Source of the DNA: Bacteroidia bacterium
GTDB lineage: Bacteria > Bacteroidota > Bacteroidia > B-17B0 > Aurantibacillaceae
Assembly: GCA_044229775.1 (NCBI GenBank)
Contig: JBGASH010000001.1
Span: 10,409-74,408 of the forward strand
Reading direction: 5' to 3'
Length of the DNA: 64,000 nucleotides
Shown here: positions 49,961 through 60,049 of the stretch, piece after piece
Layout of the letters: each line of letters starts with the position of its first letter
How positions within the stretch are numbered: position 1 is the first letter of the stretch
Notes under the pieces: model-generated
Told to the model about the DNA's origin: nothing
Database searches by the model: none
The model's input: only the letters and a program-made list of their open reading frames with translations
Program-made: the position numbers and the translations under genes

Positions 49961-50719
49961 TTGGCGCCTAAAAGAACAATTATTAATACCGCATTGTTAA
50001 TTCTATTCTTGACTTTTTCATTGGTAAAAGGTCAGGGTCAGGCTTCTTTTAAAGCCAAACAAATGACCAACAGCAGGGTTAAGGAAGCGTATACCTCTAA
50101 CTGGCCGGCCCTTGAAAAAGAGATCAAGGCCATAGGCATTGACCCCAATAATTTTGATCTCTTTATAAGGATATTTAAAACGGAAGACGAGGTGGAACTC
50201 TGGCTTAAGAACAAAGGGGATTCAAAATATACTTTATTAAAAAAAATTGCCGTTTGTGCCAAGAGTGGTGACCTTGGACCTAAACGGAGAGAAGGCGATC
50301 GCCAAGTACCTGAAGGTATTTATGAGATCTCGGTTTTTAATCCCAACTCCGATTATTTTTTGGCCGTGAAAGTAAGTTACCCCAATAAAAGCGATAAAAT
50401 TTTAGCGAAAGGACCAATGGGGGGCGACATTATGATACATGGTAATTGTGTAACAATTGGTTGTATTCCTTTGCAGGATGTTCCTGTTAAAGATCTGTAT
50501 ATGTTGTGTGTGGAAGCACGAAACCGTAAATCGCCTATACGCTGCGAAATTTATCCTTGCCGATTTACCCCAAAAAATTTAAAGGCGTTGGAAAGTTATA
50601 ATGAAGAGAAAAATCTTTTTTGGAGTGGAATAATTCCCGCTTATGAATATTTTGAAACCAATAAAGTTCCGGTAAAATATAAGATCAACGAAAAGGGCGC
50701 TTATATTTATGAGAAGTAA
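49961..50719 (+). CDS. L,D-transpeptidase-family protein
   Basis: Signal peptide, then IMIHGNCVTIGCIPL (His ... Cys catalytic motif of the YkuD fold). Confidence 0.7.
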   Translation: MAPKRTIINTALLILFLTFSLVKGQGQASFKAKQMTNSRVKEAYTSNWPALEKEIKAIGIDPNNFDLFIRIFKTEDEVELWLKNKGDSKYTLLKKIAVCAKSGDLGPKRREGDRQVPEGIYEISVFNPNSDYFLAVKVSYPNKSDKILAKGPMGGDIMIHGNCVTIGCIPLQDVPVKDLYMLCVEARNRKSPIRCEIYPCRFTPKNLKALESYNEEKNLFWSGIIPAYEYFETNKVPVKYKINEKGAYIYEK

Positions 50720-50768
50720 AATGTAATCTCCAGTTCGTTACCCTGATCTGACACTTTTGCAGTTTCTC

Positions 50769-50993
50769 TTAAGAAAGTTTTATCGATAAAGCGATGGCAA
50801 TGATCACTGCGGCAAAAATTAAAATCGACACGGGATTTGCAAAATTAATGGTCCAGCCCAAATAGGAAAGTCTTTTAGAAACCAGGATCCTTTTGTCTTT
50901 CTTATTATAATAAAAAACGCCCCACACCCAGTTAGAGGGATCTTTATGCCACTCTTCTAAGGTTTCTTTTCTGGGGGTTTCGTCGTCAAACAT
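50769..50993 (-). CDS. Small membrane protein (DUF5808-like)
   Basis: WVWGVFYYNKKDKRILV...GWTINF, then a C-terminal TM helix. Confidence 0.4.
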   Translation of the reverse strand: MFDDETPRKETLEEWHKDPSNWVWGVFYYNKKDKRILVSKRLSYLGWTINFANPVSILIFAAVIIAIALSIKLS

Positions 50994-51003
50994 TCAAATA
51001 AAA

Positions 51004-51537
51004 TTATTTACCGTTATCGGCACCTTTTTTATTACCACCACCGCCTGCTGCGGCAAAAGTTTCGAGGTCGCGGTCAAAAAAGTAAAGACCCCCTTTGTCG
51101 TCACTTATTAATTTTAATTTGTCAACGATCTGGCGGGCCAAAGCTTCTTCTTCAATTTGTTCGCTCACGTACCACTGAAGGAAATTATGCGTGGTATAAT
51201 CTTTTTCTTTCAAGGTAATTTCCACCAAATTATTTATTTCGGAAGTAACTTTTATTTCGTGTTTTAATATTTCTTCGAAAACCGCTTTAACCGATTTAAA
51301 TTTGTGCGGCGGATTTTTAAGAGAAGGAACAATTCCATGTCCGCCACGTTCGTTAACGAATTTTATTAGTTTAAGCATGTGCATGCGTTCTTCATCGGCA
51401 TGCGTATATAAAAATCCCGCAACACCATTAAGGCCTTCGGTTTCGGCCCAGCTGGCCATTGCTAAATAATATTGAGAAGAGGAGGCTTCCAGTTCTATTT
51501 GCTTATTTAAAGCTTCAGATACTTTTTTAGATAACAT
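51004..51537 (-). CDS. Ferritin
   Basis: MLSKKVSEALNKQIELEASSSQYYLAMASW...EERMHMLK ferroxidase-centre residues. I prefer the internal ATG at 51537, which avoids an overlap with the divergent gene. Confidence 0.85.
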   Translation of the reverse strand: MLSKKVSEALNKQIELEASSSQYYLAMASWAETEGLNGVAGFLYTHADEERMHMLKLIKFVNERGGHGIVPSLKNPPHKFKSVKAVFEEILKHEIKVTSEINNLVEITLKEKDYTTHNFLQWYVSEQIEEEALARQIVDKLKLISDDKGGLYFFDRDLETFAAAGGGGNKKGADNGK

Positions 51538-51614
51538 AATGTGTAATTTTATGATAAATTTAAGGGTTTTATATCTAAATAAAAAATGTGGCAAAGCGCC
51601 TGTTGAAGAAATAA

Positions 51615-52160
51615 ATGAGTTCAAAACAAAAATATTTTTTAGCCATTGTTCCCGGCGAACCGGTGTTTTCGCAAGCCGAAGCCATTAAAAAAGAAGTTTC
51701 CGAAAAGTATAATAATAAAAGTGCCTTACGTTCGCCCGCTCATATTACCCTGCACATGCCGTTTGAGTGGGAGGTAAAAAAAGAACCCTTCTTAATAGAT
51801 ACCTTTAGTAAATTCAAATTTAACCAACACCTAAAAATAAATTTGAAAAATTTTGGCTGGTTCGAGCCCAAAGTGGTGTTTATTGATGTAGAAAAGAACG
51901 AAGATTTAAATGCGTTGCAAAAAGAAATTGTGCAACACGTAAAACAACATTTACAAATATTTAATGAGGCCGATTCTTTAAGGGCCTATCATCCGCACGT
52001 TACAGTTGCTTTTCGCGACCTAAAAAAAAGTGATTTTTATTTGATGAGAGAAGAGTACAAAACAAAAAATTTTGAAGCATCGTTTATTGCAGATCATTTT
52101 TGTTTGTTGAAACACAATGGGAAGCGGTGGGATGTGATGGAGCGCTTTAAGCTAGGTTAG
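51615..52160 (+). CDS. 2'-5' RNA ligase / 2H phosphoesterase family protein
   Basis: Two H-x-T motifs (PAHITLH and HPHVTVA). Confidence 0.75.
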   Translation: MSSKQKYFLAIVPGEPVFSQAEAIKKEVSEKYNNKSALRSPAHITLHMPFEWEVKKEPFLIDTFSKFKFNQHLKINLKNFGWFEPKVVFIDVEKNEDLNALQKEIVQHVKQHLQIFNEADSLRAYHPHVTVAFRDLKKSDFYLMREEYKTKNFEASFIADHFCLLKHNGKRWDVMERFKLG

Positions 52161-54577
52161 ATCTTTATCAATAATTGCAACATTTGCATTCGTGGGGGAC
52201 GAACATCGCCGGGTCGGGTCGAGTATTCTACATTCGTGAGATTATTAACAATGTAAGAGAGTTTCACGGTTTTGCTTAATTTAAATCCTATTCTTAGATC
52301 GTGTACCCAATATCCTTTGTTGAATTTTTCGCGGTATTTTTTTACACCGGGTAAGATGTAAAAGTAATCGATGTTATCGAAATTGGTAGTGGGTGTGTTA
52401 TACTCATGTAAAATACTTTGGGTAAAACGGCGATCGATATTTTCCATAAAACTTTGATAACGCGTGCTAAATCCAATCGACAAAAATTTGTAATCGAACT
52501 GAATATCATTTTTGAAAACGTGGCGACTGCGGTATTTTAAAACGTTTAAACCAGGTAATCCCAAAGTATCGGTGGTTGGGTTGTAATCGGGTTTAATAGG
52601 ATCTATATACGTGTACCCCGAATGCAGGGTCACATTAACCGGGCCAATTTTTCCGGTACCGGTAGCGCTTACTTCAAATCCTTTTATTTGTGCTCTTCCT
52701 GTATTTTGCGATTTAAATCCGGCGTATTTAAGATCGTTTACAAAAACGCCTGTTAACGGCACGCCGGCAGGATGGTAAAAATCAAAAACAAATTCCACAT
52801 TGTTGCGATATTCGGTCCAGAATCCGGCCACATCAAAAAAGCCTTTGAATTTTGAAATGCTGAATCCTTGTTTGATGCCAAACTCCGCGCTCCAACCACG
52901 CTCGGGTTGTAAAGAGGTATTTGGAAAAATACTCAACGAACTAACATTGGTGTTCACAAATTTTTCGGCTACACTCGGAAAGCGGTAACCTTGTCCGAAC
53001 GATGAACGCAAAAACGTATACTGAAATAATTGATAATTTGCTCCCGCTCTTAACACAGGTTGAAAAGGTAAATTGGCTTTACTGTTTCCAAAAGAGCCAC
53101 GCGTATAGGCCGTATCTACTTTATAATATTCACCCCGCATGCCCAACGACAACGTAAGCTTTTGGATCTTTTTATCTAGCTGTAAATAACCCGCGTAATT
53201 TTTACCGGTGTGTCGCCCGTAAAGCGAATCAGAAAAAATTTGCTGCAGCATGTGCACAAATCCTGTTGTTAATGTAAGATCTTTCTTGAAACGTTTTTGG
53301 TACTGCAGCTCCCCGTAATTTAATTCGGCGCGCGCTTCCTGATTTTTATCATTAGTGTTTAGTGTAGCATAATATCTGAAACGATAGCTTAATTTATTGC
53401 CATTACCATAATGATAAGTCACAAAAGGATCAACGTTAAAGCGATTGTTTTTATAATTCTGTACGCTGCTGGTTAATGGTAAGTGGGTTAAGGTATCAAT
53501 GGTTCCTGAAGGTAAATAGGCCGAATCGGCATTATGCCATAAAAAAAACAATCCTCCTTTTACTTCCATCATGTTGGTGTTAACGCCCACCGATAAACCG
53601 GGTATTTTTTTAAAATTATAACGAACATTCGCGTTGAAACGTCCGCGACTTTCGGTTTCCAAAAAGCGGTAACCTTCATCGTTGTACATGTGTCCGCCAA
53701 ACACCAGATCAAAATTGCCAATCTTTTCGGCATGCGAAAAGTTGATGCCGCGTTGTGTTTGCGACGAACCCTTCCACCATTTGTATTGGTATTTTGGCGC
53801 GTCATAAATTCCATAAAAAGACGAAACGGTTGTGGTGGGTTTATCTTTAGCGTAAGCGGTTCGTAAATTAATAACGCCATTTAATGCCGATGAACCAAAG
53901 AGGGCAGAGGAGGCGCCTTTAATAACTTCAACTTGAGATAAATTTTCTATTGGTAAATAATTCCATTTCACATCGCCGGCATCGGCACTTAACATTGGCA
54001 TTTCATCAACCAGCACCAACACACGACTTCCTGCACCATACGCAAAACCGCTACCACCTCTTATACTCGCTTGTCCGTCGGTCATAGTTACGCCGGGTAC
54101 CTGATTCATGATGAGGTCGAGCGAAGTGGTGTTTTTATTTTCGAGTAAGGAGGGTTTTATCACATCCATACTAACAGTAACGTCCGATAATTTTTGTTCA
54201 AATTTGGTAGCCGAAACAACTACTTCATCTAAAACTTTATTGCCGTCTTCCAAAACAAAATTTACAAATGTGGTGTCATTATCCGTAACCGTTATTTCTT
54301 GCTTCTCATTTTTATATCCCGTTAAACGGCACTCAAGTGTGTGTTTTCCGGATGTGGCATTAATAATAAATGTTCCATACACATCCGTATTGGTTCCGTT
54401 CTTTGAATCTAGTACTATAAGGGCTCCCGGTAGCGACTCGCTATGGGTTTTGTCGGTTACCTTTCCTTTAATGATCCCTTGCCCCTGCCCGAACGCAACG
54501 TTCTGGTACGGGCAGGCGTAAAAATTAATTTTTAACAGCAGTAAGGAAAGTATAAAAAGTGTCGTAGTTTTGTTCAT
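52157..54577 (-). CDS. TonB-dependent receptor with carboxypeptidase-regulatory-like N-domain
   Basis: Signal peptide, IKGKVTD...GTFIIN, plug motifs (IRGGSGFAYGAGSRVLVLVDEMP, VEVIKGASSALFGSSALNGVINL), long beta-barrel. Confidence 0.85.
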   Translation of the reverse strand: MNKTTTLFILSLLLLKINFYACPYQNVAFGQGQGIIKGKVTDKTHSESLPGALIVLDSKNGTNTDVYGTFIINATSGKHTLECRLTGYKNEKQEITVTDNDTTFVNFVLEDGNKVLDEVVVSATKFEQKLSDVTVSMDVIKPSLLENKNTTSLDLIMNQVPGVTMTDGQASIRGGSGFAYGAGSRVLVLVDEMPMLSADAGDVKWNYLPIENLSQVEVIKGASSALFGSSALNGVINLRTAYAKDKPTTTVSSFYGIYDAPKYQYKWWKGSSQTQRGINFSHAEKIGNFDLVFGGHMYNDEGYRFLETESRGRFNANVRYNFKKIPGLSVGVNTNMMEVKGGLFFLWHNADSAYLPSGTIDTLTHLPLTSSVQNYKNNRFNVDPFVTYHYGNGNKLSYRFRYYATLNTNDKNQEARAELNYGELQYQKRFKKDLTLTTGFVHMLQQIFSDSLYGRHTGKNYAGYLQLDKKIQKLTLSLGMRGEYYKVDTAYTRGSFGNSKANLPFQPVLRAGANYQLFQYTFLRSSFGQGYRFPSVAEKFVNTNVSSLSIFPNTSLQPERGWSAEFGIKQGFSISKFKGFFDVAGFWTEYRNNVEFVFDFYHPAGVPLTGVFVNDLKYAGFKSQNTGRAQIKGFEVSATGTGKIGPVNVTLHSGYTYIDPIKPDYNPTTDTLGLPGLNVLKYRSRHVFKNDIQFDYKFLSIGFSTRYQSFMENIDRRFTQSILHEYNTPTTNFDNIDYFYILPGVKKYREKFNKGYWVHDLRIGFKLSKTVKLSYIVNNLTNVEYSTRPGDVRPPRMQMLQLLIKI

Positions 54578-54615
54578 TCAAATAAAAGCTAAAGTAATAA
54601 GATATTTTTTATAAA

Positions 54616-55737
54616 ATGGACAGGGGCGAGTTAATATATCAAATCCAATTAACAACAATTGAAGGAGTGGGCGATATTGCGGCAAAGAATTTACTGGCAT
54701 ATTGCGGAAGTGCCAAAGCAGTTTTTGGCGCTAAAAAGCAGGAGCTGATGAAAATTCCGGGCATAGGAGAAATTGTGGCCACCGCGGTTGTAAACGCTAA
54801 CACAGATTTTGATAGGGCCGAAAAAGAAGCGGCTTTTGTTGAAGAAAATAATATTGAAACACTATTTTTTACTGATAGTAACTATCCCCGCCGATTAAAA
54901 TACTGTGCCGATAGTCCGGTTTTATTATACCACAAAGGAAACGCTGATTTTAATACCGAAAAAGTGGTAGCCGTTGTTGGAACACGACAACCAACGGAAT
55001 ACGGAAGAGAGCAAACACAAAAATTTATTTCTGAATTAAGGGGAAGCGGCATTTTGGTAGTAAGCGGTTTAGCCTATGGTATAGATGTGTTGGCGCATAA
55101 GTGCGCATTAGAGTGTGATCTGGATACAGTAGGTGTTGTGGCGCATGGGCTCGACCGATTATATCCGGAAGCCAATAGCGGCATTGCTGCAAAAATGCTT
55201 AAGAAAGGCGGACTGCTTACCGATTTTAAAAGTGGAACAAATCCGGATGCGGTAAATTTTCCGAAGCGAAACCGCATTGTAGCGGGTATTTGCGATGCGT
55301 TAGTGGTAATGGAAAGTAAACGCGAAGGCGGAAGTTTAATTACTGCCACTATTGCTAACAGTTATAATAAAGATGTTTTTGCTTTTCCGGGTCGCGTAAC
55401 CGATCCTTACAGTGATGGTTGCAATGGCTTAATAAAAATGAATAAGGCGGTTTTAATAGAAAGTGCCGCTGATCTTTTTTATGTAATGGGATGGCATCAA
55501 AACAAAACGCCGAATGCAAAGAAAAAAGAAACAAAACAAATTCCGTTGTTGATAGATCTTAACGACGACGAACAAAAAATAGTAAAAGCCTTTGGTGAGA
55601 AAAAGCAATTGCATATGGATGAAATAAGTTACGTGAGTAATTTTCCTATTAGTAAAGTGGCATCTACGCTGCTTCAATTAGAATTTTCGAACATCATTAA
55701 ATCTCATCCGGGGAAAATGTTCTCGCTGGTGGTTTGA
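54616..55737 (+). CDS. dprA: DNA-processing protein DprA
   Basis: VAVVGTRQPTEYG, SGLAYGIDVLAHK, GGSLITA motifs. C-terminal winged-helix-like tail. Confidence 0.9.
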   Translation: MDRGELIYQIQLTTIEGVGDIAAKNLLAYCGSAKAVFGAKKQELMKIPGIGEIVATAVVNANTDFDRAEKEAAFVEENNIETLFFTDSNYPRRLKYCADSPVLLYHKGNADFNTEKVVAVVGTRQPTEYGREQTQKFISELRGSGILVVSGLAYGIDVLAHKCALECDLDTVGVVAHGLDRLYPEANSGIAAKMLKKGGLLTDFKSGTNPDAVNFPKRNRIVAGICDALVVMESKREGGSLITATIANSYNKDVFAFPGRVTDPYSDGCNGLIKMNKAVLIESAADLFYVMGWHQNKTPNAKKKETKQIPLLIDLNDDEQKIVKAFGEKKQLHMDEISYVSNFPISKVASTLLQLEFSNIIKSHPGKMFSLVV

Positions 55738-55870
55738 GGTTCGAGGTTTCTCGTTTCTGGTTAAAGGTTTGACGCGCCATCTTTCGTATCCTATCTTAAT
55801 ATCCGAAAAAACCTTTCAATTATTAGCAAAAACAAGGAACCAGAAACCTCAAACTAGAAACATCGAACTT
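55736..55870. repeat. Imperfect inverted repeat of about 135 nt in the dprA-holB spacer
   Basis: Left arm is gaggttcgaggtttctcgtttctggtt (55736-55762). Right arm is aaccagaaacctcaaactagaaacatcgaactt (55838-55870). An inner aaaggtt/aaccttt pair is also present. Confidence 0.45.
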
Positions 55871-55919
55871 TTAACGAAATTCTCACTGCAAAAACCAATT
55901 CTTCCATTATCTTTACACT

Positions 55920-57041
55920 ATGTTAATGCGCGACATAGTTGGTCAGGCTGAGGTAAAAAACCGCCTTTTAAAAATGGTAAGCGATAAGCGCTTACCGCAC
56001 GCCATGTTATTTTCGGGACCGGATGGCAGCGGTAATTTAGCAATGGCACTCGCGTTTTCGCAAATGCTGTTGTGTCCCGATAAAAAAAACGATGACGCTT
56101 GCGGTGTTTGCCCCGCTTGTTTAAAAAATAATAAACTGGTTCATCCCGATGTGCATTTGGTTTTTCCTATTGCTAAAAGTAAAGATGTAAAAACCAGTAC
56201 CGATCTGTTACCCGAATTCAGAGAAGCTTTTTTAGAAAACCCGTATTTATCGCTTCATAATTGGTTTAACGAAATAAGCGCCGAAAATAAACAGCCCATT
56301 ATTCCGGTAGAGGAAAGTGGCAACATCATTAAGCAATTAAGCTATACCAGTTTTAGCGGCTCTTATAAAATAATGATCGTTTGGCAGCCCGAAACCATGA
56401 ATGTGGCGGCCGCCAACAAGTTATTAAAGGTATTGGAAGAACCCCCTGAAGAAACCTTGTTTTTTTTAGTAAGTGAAAATCCTGATCAGCTGCTTGCAAC
56501 AATTATTTCCCGTGTACAACAAATTCCGTTCTATAAAATTGCCGAGAAAGATATCGTGAAAGCATTAATGGATACTTACAAAGTGAACGAAACCGTGGCG
56601 CAGCAATCGGCATTGTTAGCGGATGGAAATTATAACGAGGCCAAACATTTATTGACGCAAAACGACGATCAGTTAAGTTTTTTGCAGCACTTTCAAACCT
56701 TTATGCGATTGGCTTTAAAATTTGATTGTAATAAAGTTTTAGAGTGGGTTGACAGTAATGCCGCTACAGGAAGAGAAAAACAAAAGCAATTTTTGCAATA
56801 TTCTTTAGAGATCTTCAGAGACAGCTTAATGTATAATTACGGCGAGCGAAATTTGGTACGCTTAAGCGGAAACGAAAAACAGTTTTTAGAAAAATTCTCA
56901 CCATTTATTTCCCAAAAAAATTATGAGAAGTTAGTGGAAGAATTCAACAACTCTTACTATTACATTGAGCGTAATGCCAATCCTAAAATATTATTTACCG
57001 ACCTCCTTTTAAAAACAAACGAATTAATTAATTTAAAATGA
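55920..57041 (+). CDS. holB: DNA polymerase III delta-prime subunit
   Basis: LPHAMLFSGPDGSGN, zinc module CGVCPACLK, LLKVLEEPP, ISRVQ sensor motif. Confidence 0.8.
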   Translation: MLMRDIVGQAEVKNRLLKMVSDKRLPHAMLFSGPDGSGNLAMALAFSQMLLCPDKKNDDACGVCPACLKNNKLVHPDVHLVFPIAKSKDVKTSTDLLPEFREAFLENPYLSLHNWFNEISAENKQPIIPVEESGNIIKQLSYTSFSGSYKIMIVWQPETMNVAAANKLLKVLEEPPEETLFFLVSENPDQLLATIISRVQQIPFYKIAEKDIVKALMDTYKVNETVAQQSALLADGNYNEAKHLLTQNDDQLSFLQHFQTFMRLALKFDCNKVLEWVDSNAATGREKQKQFLQYSLEIFRDSLMYNYGERNLVRLSGNEKQFLEKFSPFISQKNYEKLVEEFNNSYYYIERNANPKILFTDLLLKTNELINLK

Positions 57042-59902
57042 AAAAAGCAATCCTAACTCTTATCGTACTTGCTACACTAACCTCTAACGCCCAGATCGGC
57101 GGATTTTTAAAAGACAAGGTCAAACAAAAGACCGACAACGTGGTAAACAAAGTGGATAACGCGCCACAGAATTTGGAAAACAAAGCCAAGAACGAAGCGC
57201 GTAACAGAATGTACAGTTCGCTCGATAACGCTCGAAAAGAATTTGATGCCAGCAATTTTAATTACGCCATTTCATTTATTGACAACAGCGGAACCTTTGA
57301 AGCCGATGAAAAAGGAAATAGGATAGGCGGCACTGTTAAGAACGGACAAAATTTTGCCAACGATAATACCAAATCGTTCGAAGAACGGGCCTATACCAAT
57401 AACAGGAACGGCGAATTATTAATGGCCTCTAATAAATATGCTTTGGCCGAGCAAAGTTTTAAATTGGCTATTGTTAATTATAGTTTAGCAAATATCACTT
57501 CAGGATTAAATTACGCGCAAGCCATCAGTAATCTGGGATTGCTTTATCAATCGAACGGAAGATTGAACAAAGCGAAGGCGCGTAATGACAAAGCGCTGGA
57601 GTTAAGAAAGAATGAAAGCAATAAAGGAATGATAGCGGTATCGTTAAACAACAAAGGCGTTTTATTAAAAGACCTGGGGGATTATACCGGGGCCGAAAAA
57701 TTATTAAAGGAAGCCATCGACATTTTACAAGGCGATACCAACACCAATGTGAGTTTAGCGTTAATTCATAATAATCTGGCAATGGTTTATGCCGATATGG
57801 CTAAATTAGGAAATGCCGAAACTGAAATGAAAACCTCGATAGATCTGGCGGCAAAAGAATTGAAAGACGACGCTTCTAACTTTATTAAACTGGAGATCAA
57901 TCAAGCCAACATTTTTCGTTTACAAAAAAAATATACCGAAGCGGAAACCTTATACTTAAAAGCCATAAAAATAAAAGAGAAAAAATTAGGCGCGCATCCC
58001 GATCTTGCTTCTTTAAAACGCGGATTGGCGGCGTTGTATATGGAAATGAACAAACCGGCCGAGGTAGAAAAATTACTCACCAGCGCGGTGGATATCAATA
58101 AGAAAAAGTTGGGAGAAAAAAATCCTTCTACATTAGCCGCTATGCAAGATCTTGGTAATTACTATCGCATCAACGGTAACGCGGCTAAATCGCTGGAGTT
58201 ATTAAATACGGTAGTACAAACCAAAAAAGTAATTTACGGAGAGGCCCATCCTAATTACATTCAAGCGTTGGAAGACCTGGCGCTTACCCAATGGCAAAAT
58301 GCGCAAATTGCGGAAGCAAAAACCAATTACAATACCGTAATTGGCAATACGCAAACATACATCAACACGTTTTTTAATTCATTGAACGAAAATGAAAAAA
58401 CATTGTATTGGGAAAAAACCAATAACCGTTTGCACCGTTACTATTCGTTTGTGGTTTCTAATTATGCGAAGAATCCTGATCTGGTTACTGCCTTATACAA
58501 TACATTAATTAATACCAAAGGTTTTTTATTAAGCAACTCCAGCAAGATCAGAAATGTTATTTCGCAAAGTAACGATCCGGAGTTGCAAACAGCATATAAC
58601 GATTGGCTCGAGACCAAAGAGAATTTGAACGCCGCTTATTCCTTATCCAAAGAAGAGATCGCCGCCGAGCACATCAATGTTGATAGTTTACAAAATAAAG
58701 CCAATGAATTGGAAAGGACCTTATCGCAAAAAAGCGCCTTGTTCAGCGAAAGTCAGAATGTAAAGACATTGGTTACGGCTGATATTTCAAAAAACTTGGG
58801 TGCTGATGAAGCGGCCGTTGAAATAGAAGAGATAAATGAATACACTTCTTTTTTCACCGGAAAATCAAAATACATTGCGCTGGTGGTGAGCTCTAACTCG
58901 GTAAGTTTAGTGGAATTGGGAAATTCGGAAAGCATTCAAACGGCTATTAAAGATTTCAGAGACAAAACCATTAACCGGAAGGCCGAGAATGAGGCCTATG
59001 CTTTAACCTGGAAATTGTTGGATGAGAAGTTAGGTGGATACAAGAAGATCTATCTGGCATTGGATGGGTTATACCATCAGTTAAGTATTAACGCGCTAAA
59101 AGACGAGAAAGGCGCATACTTGATCGATAAATACAATATACAATTTGTGGGCAACACCAAAGATCTTATTAATGTAAAACAAAACGCGGCAGCAGCTAAA
59201 AAACCGGCATCAGCATTTTTAATTGGTAACCCTACTTATGGTAAGAACGAATTAATAGCGCAATTGCCGGGAACAGAAGCTGAAGTAAATAACATAAAAA
59301 AAATACTGAACGCGTCGGGTGTAAAAAACACGGTGTTGATCGGTGATAAAGCTACAGAAACAGAGGTAAAGAAAATAAATTCACCTTCGGTTTTACACAT
59401 TGCCACGCATGGTTATTTTTTGGCCGATCTTAGCGAAGTAGAAACCAATAAAGTGTTGGGGGTAGATGTGGCGGTTGCCAAACAAAATCCTTTATTGCGA
59501 AGCGGCGTACTATTGGCTAATTGCGAAAATGTTTTTGACGAAACTTATCGGTCGAGCGAAGCGGATAACGGCATTTTAACGGCCTATGAAGCGTTAAGTT
59601 TACATTTGGATAATACCGACATGGTAGTGTTAAGCGCCTGCGAAACCGGATTAGGAAGTGTGAAACAAGGTGAAGGGGTTTTTGGTTTGCAGCGTTCGTT
59701 CTTAATTGCGGGTGCAAAATCCATCATTATGAGTTTGTGGAGCGTGAGCGATGAAGCGACGATGGAACTAATGACGTTGTTCTATACCAATTATTCTAAA
59801 TCGGGCAACAAACAAGCGGCTTTTGCCGCCGCGCAAAAACAACTCAAAACAAAATACAAAGAACCTTTTTATTGGGCGGCCTTTGTGATGTTGAGTAAGT
59901 AG
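57038..59902 (+). CDS. Secreted TPR-repeat protein with C-terminal CHAT (caspase-like) protease domain
   Basis: Signal peptide MKKAILTLIVLATLTSNAQ. Multiple TPR units (NLGLLYQSNGRLNKA, NNLAMVYADM...). The CHAT dyad context is HIATHGYF and VVLSACETGLG. The start overlaps the holB stop (ATGA). Confidence 0.85.
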   Translation: MKKAILTLIVLATLTSNAQIGGFLKDKVKQKTDNVVNKVDNAPQNLENKAKNEARNRMYSSLDNARKEFDASNFNYAISFIDNSGTFEADEKGNRIGGTVKNGQNFANDNTKSFEERAYTNNRNGELLMASNKYALAEQSFKLAIVNYSLANITSGLNYAQAISNLGLLYQSNGRLNKAKARNDKALELRKNESNKGMIAVSLNNKGVLLKDLGDYTGAEKLLKEAIDILQGDTNTNVSLALIHNNLAMVYADMAKLGNAETEMKTSIDLAAKELKDDASNFIKLEINQANIFRLQKKYTEAETLYLKAIKIKEKKLGAHPDLASLKRGLAALYMEMNKPAEVEKLLTSAVDINKKKLGEKNPSTLAAMQDLGNYYRINGNAAKSLELLNTVVQTKKVIYGEAHPNYIQALEDLALTQWQNAQIAEAKTNYNTVIGNTQTYINTFFNSLNENEKTLYWEKTNNRLHRYYSFVVSNYAKNPDLVTALYNTLINTKGFLLSNSSKIRNVISQSNDPELQTAYNDWLETKENLNAAYSLSKEEIAAEHINVDSLQNKANELERTLSQKSALFSESQNVKTLVTADISKNLGADEAAVEIEEINEYTSFFTGKSKYIALVVSSNSVSLVELGNSESIQTAIKDFRDKTINRKAENEAYALTWKLLDEKLGGYKKIYLALDGLYHQLSINALKDEKGAYLIDKYNIQFVGNTKDLINVKQNAAAAKKPASAFLIGNPTYGKNELIAQLPGTEAEVNNIKKILNASGVKNTVLIGDKATETEVKKINSPSVLHIATHGYFLADLSEVETNKVLGVDVAVAKQNPLLRSGVLLANCENVFDETYRSSEADNGILTAYEALSLHLDNTDMVVLSACETGLGSVKQGEGVFGLQRSFLIAGAKSIIMSLWSVSDEATMELMTLFYTNYSKSGNKQAAFAAAQKQLKTKYKEPFYWAAFVMLSK

Positions 59903-59975
59903 CTCTCCTCTAATTTTAGGGTGAAGACCATCGGTAAGATACCTCAAACCCTATAATAATTCTTATTTTCTTGAA

Positions 59976-59996
59976 ATTGCTACAAATCGTAGCAAT
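59976..59996 (+). terminator. Hairpin downstream of the CHAT gene (weak terminator candidate)
   Basis: attgctac-aaatc-gtagcaat 8-bp stem. No clear T-run follows. Confidence 0.3.
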
Positions 59997-60015
59997 CAAT
60001 CCTTTGATCTTACCA

Positions 60016-60023
60016 TAACTTTG
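60016..60023 (+). promoter_or_regulatory. Candidate -7 promoter box TAACTTTG
   Basis: Matches TAnnTTTG. It lies 27 nt before the left inverted repeat of the GxxExxY cassette and about 530 nt before the radA start. Confidence 0.4.
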
Positions 60024-60049
60024 TATTATAAATAAGGAAACAATACAAT

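Noticed and set aside
55769-55951. 60-aa ORF in the dprA-holB spacer
   Set aside because: It lies inside the inverted-repeat element, overlaps the holB start, and has no recognisable features. It is probably spurious.
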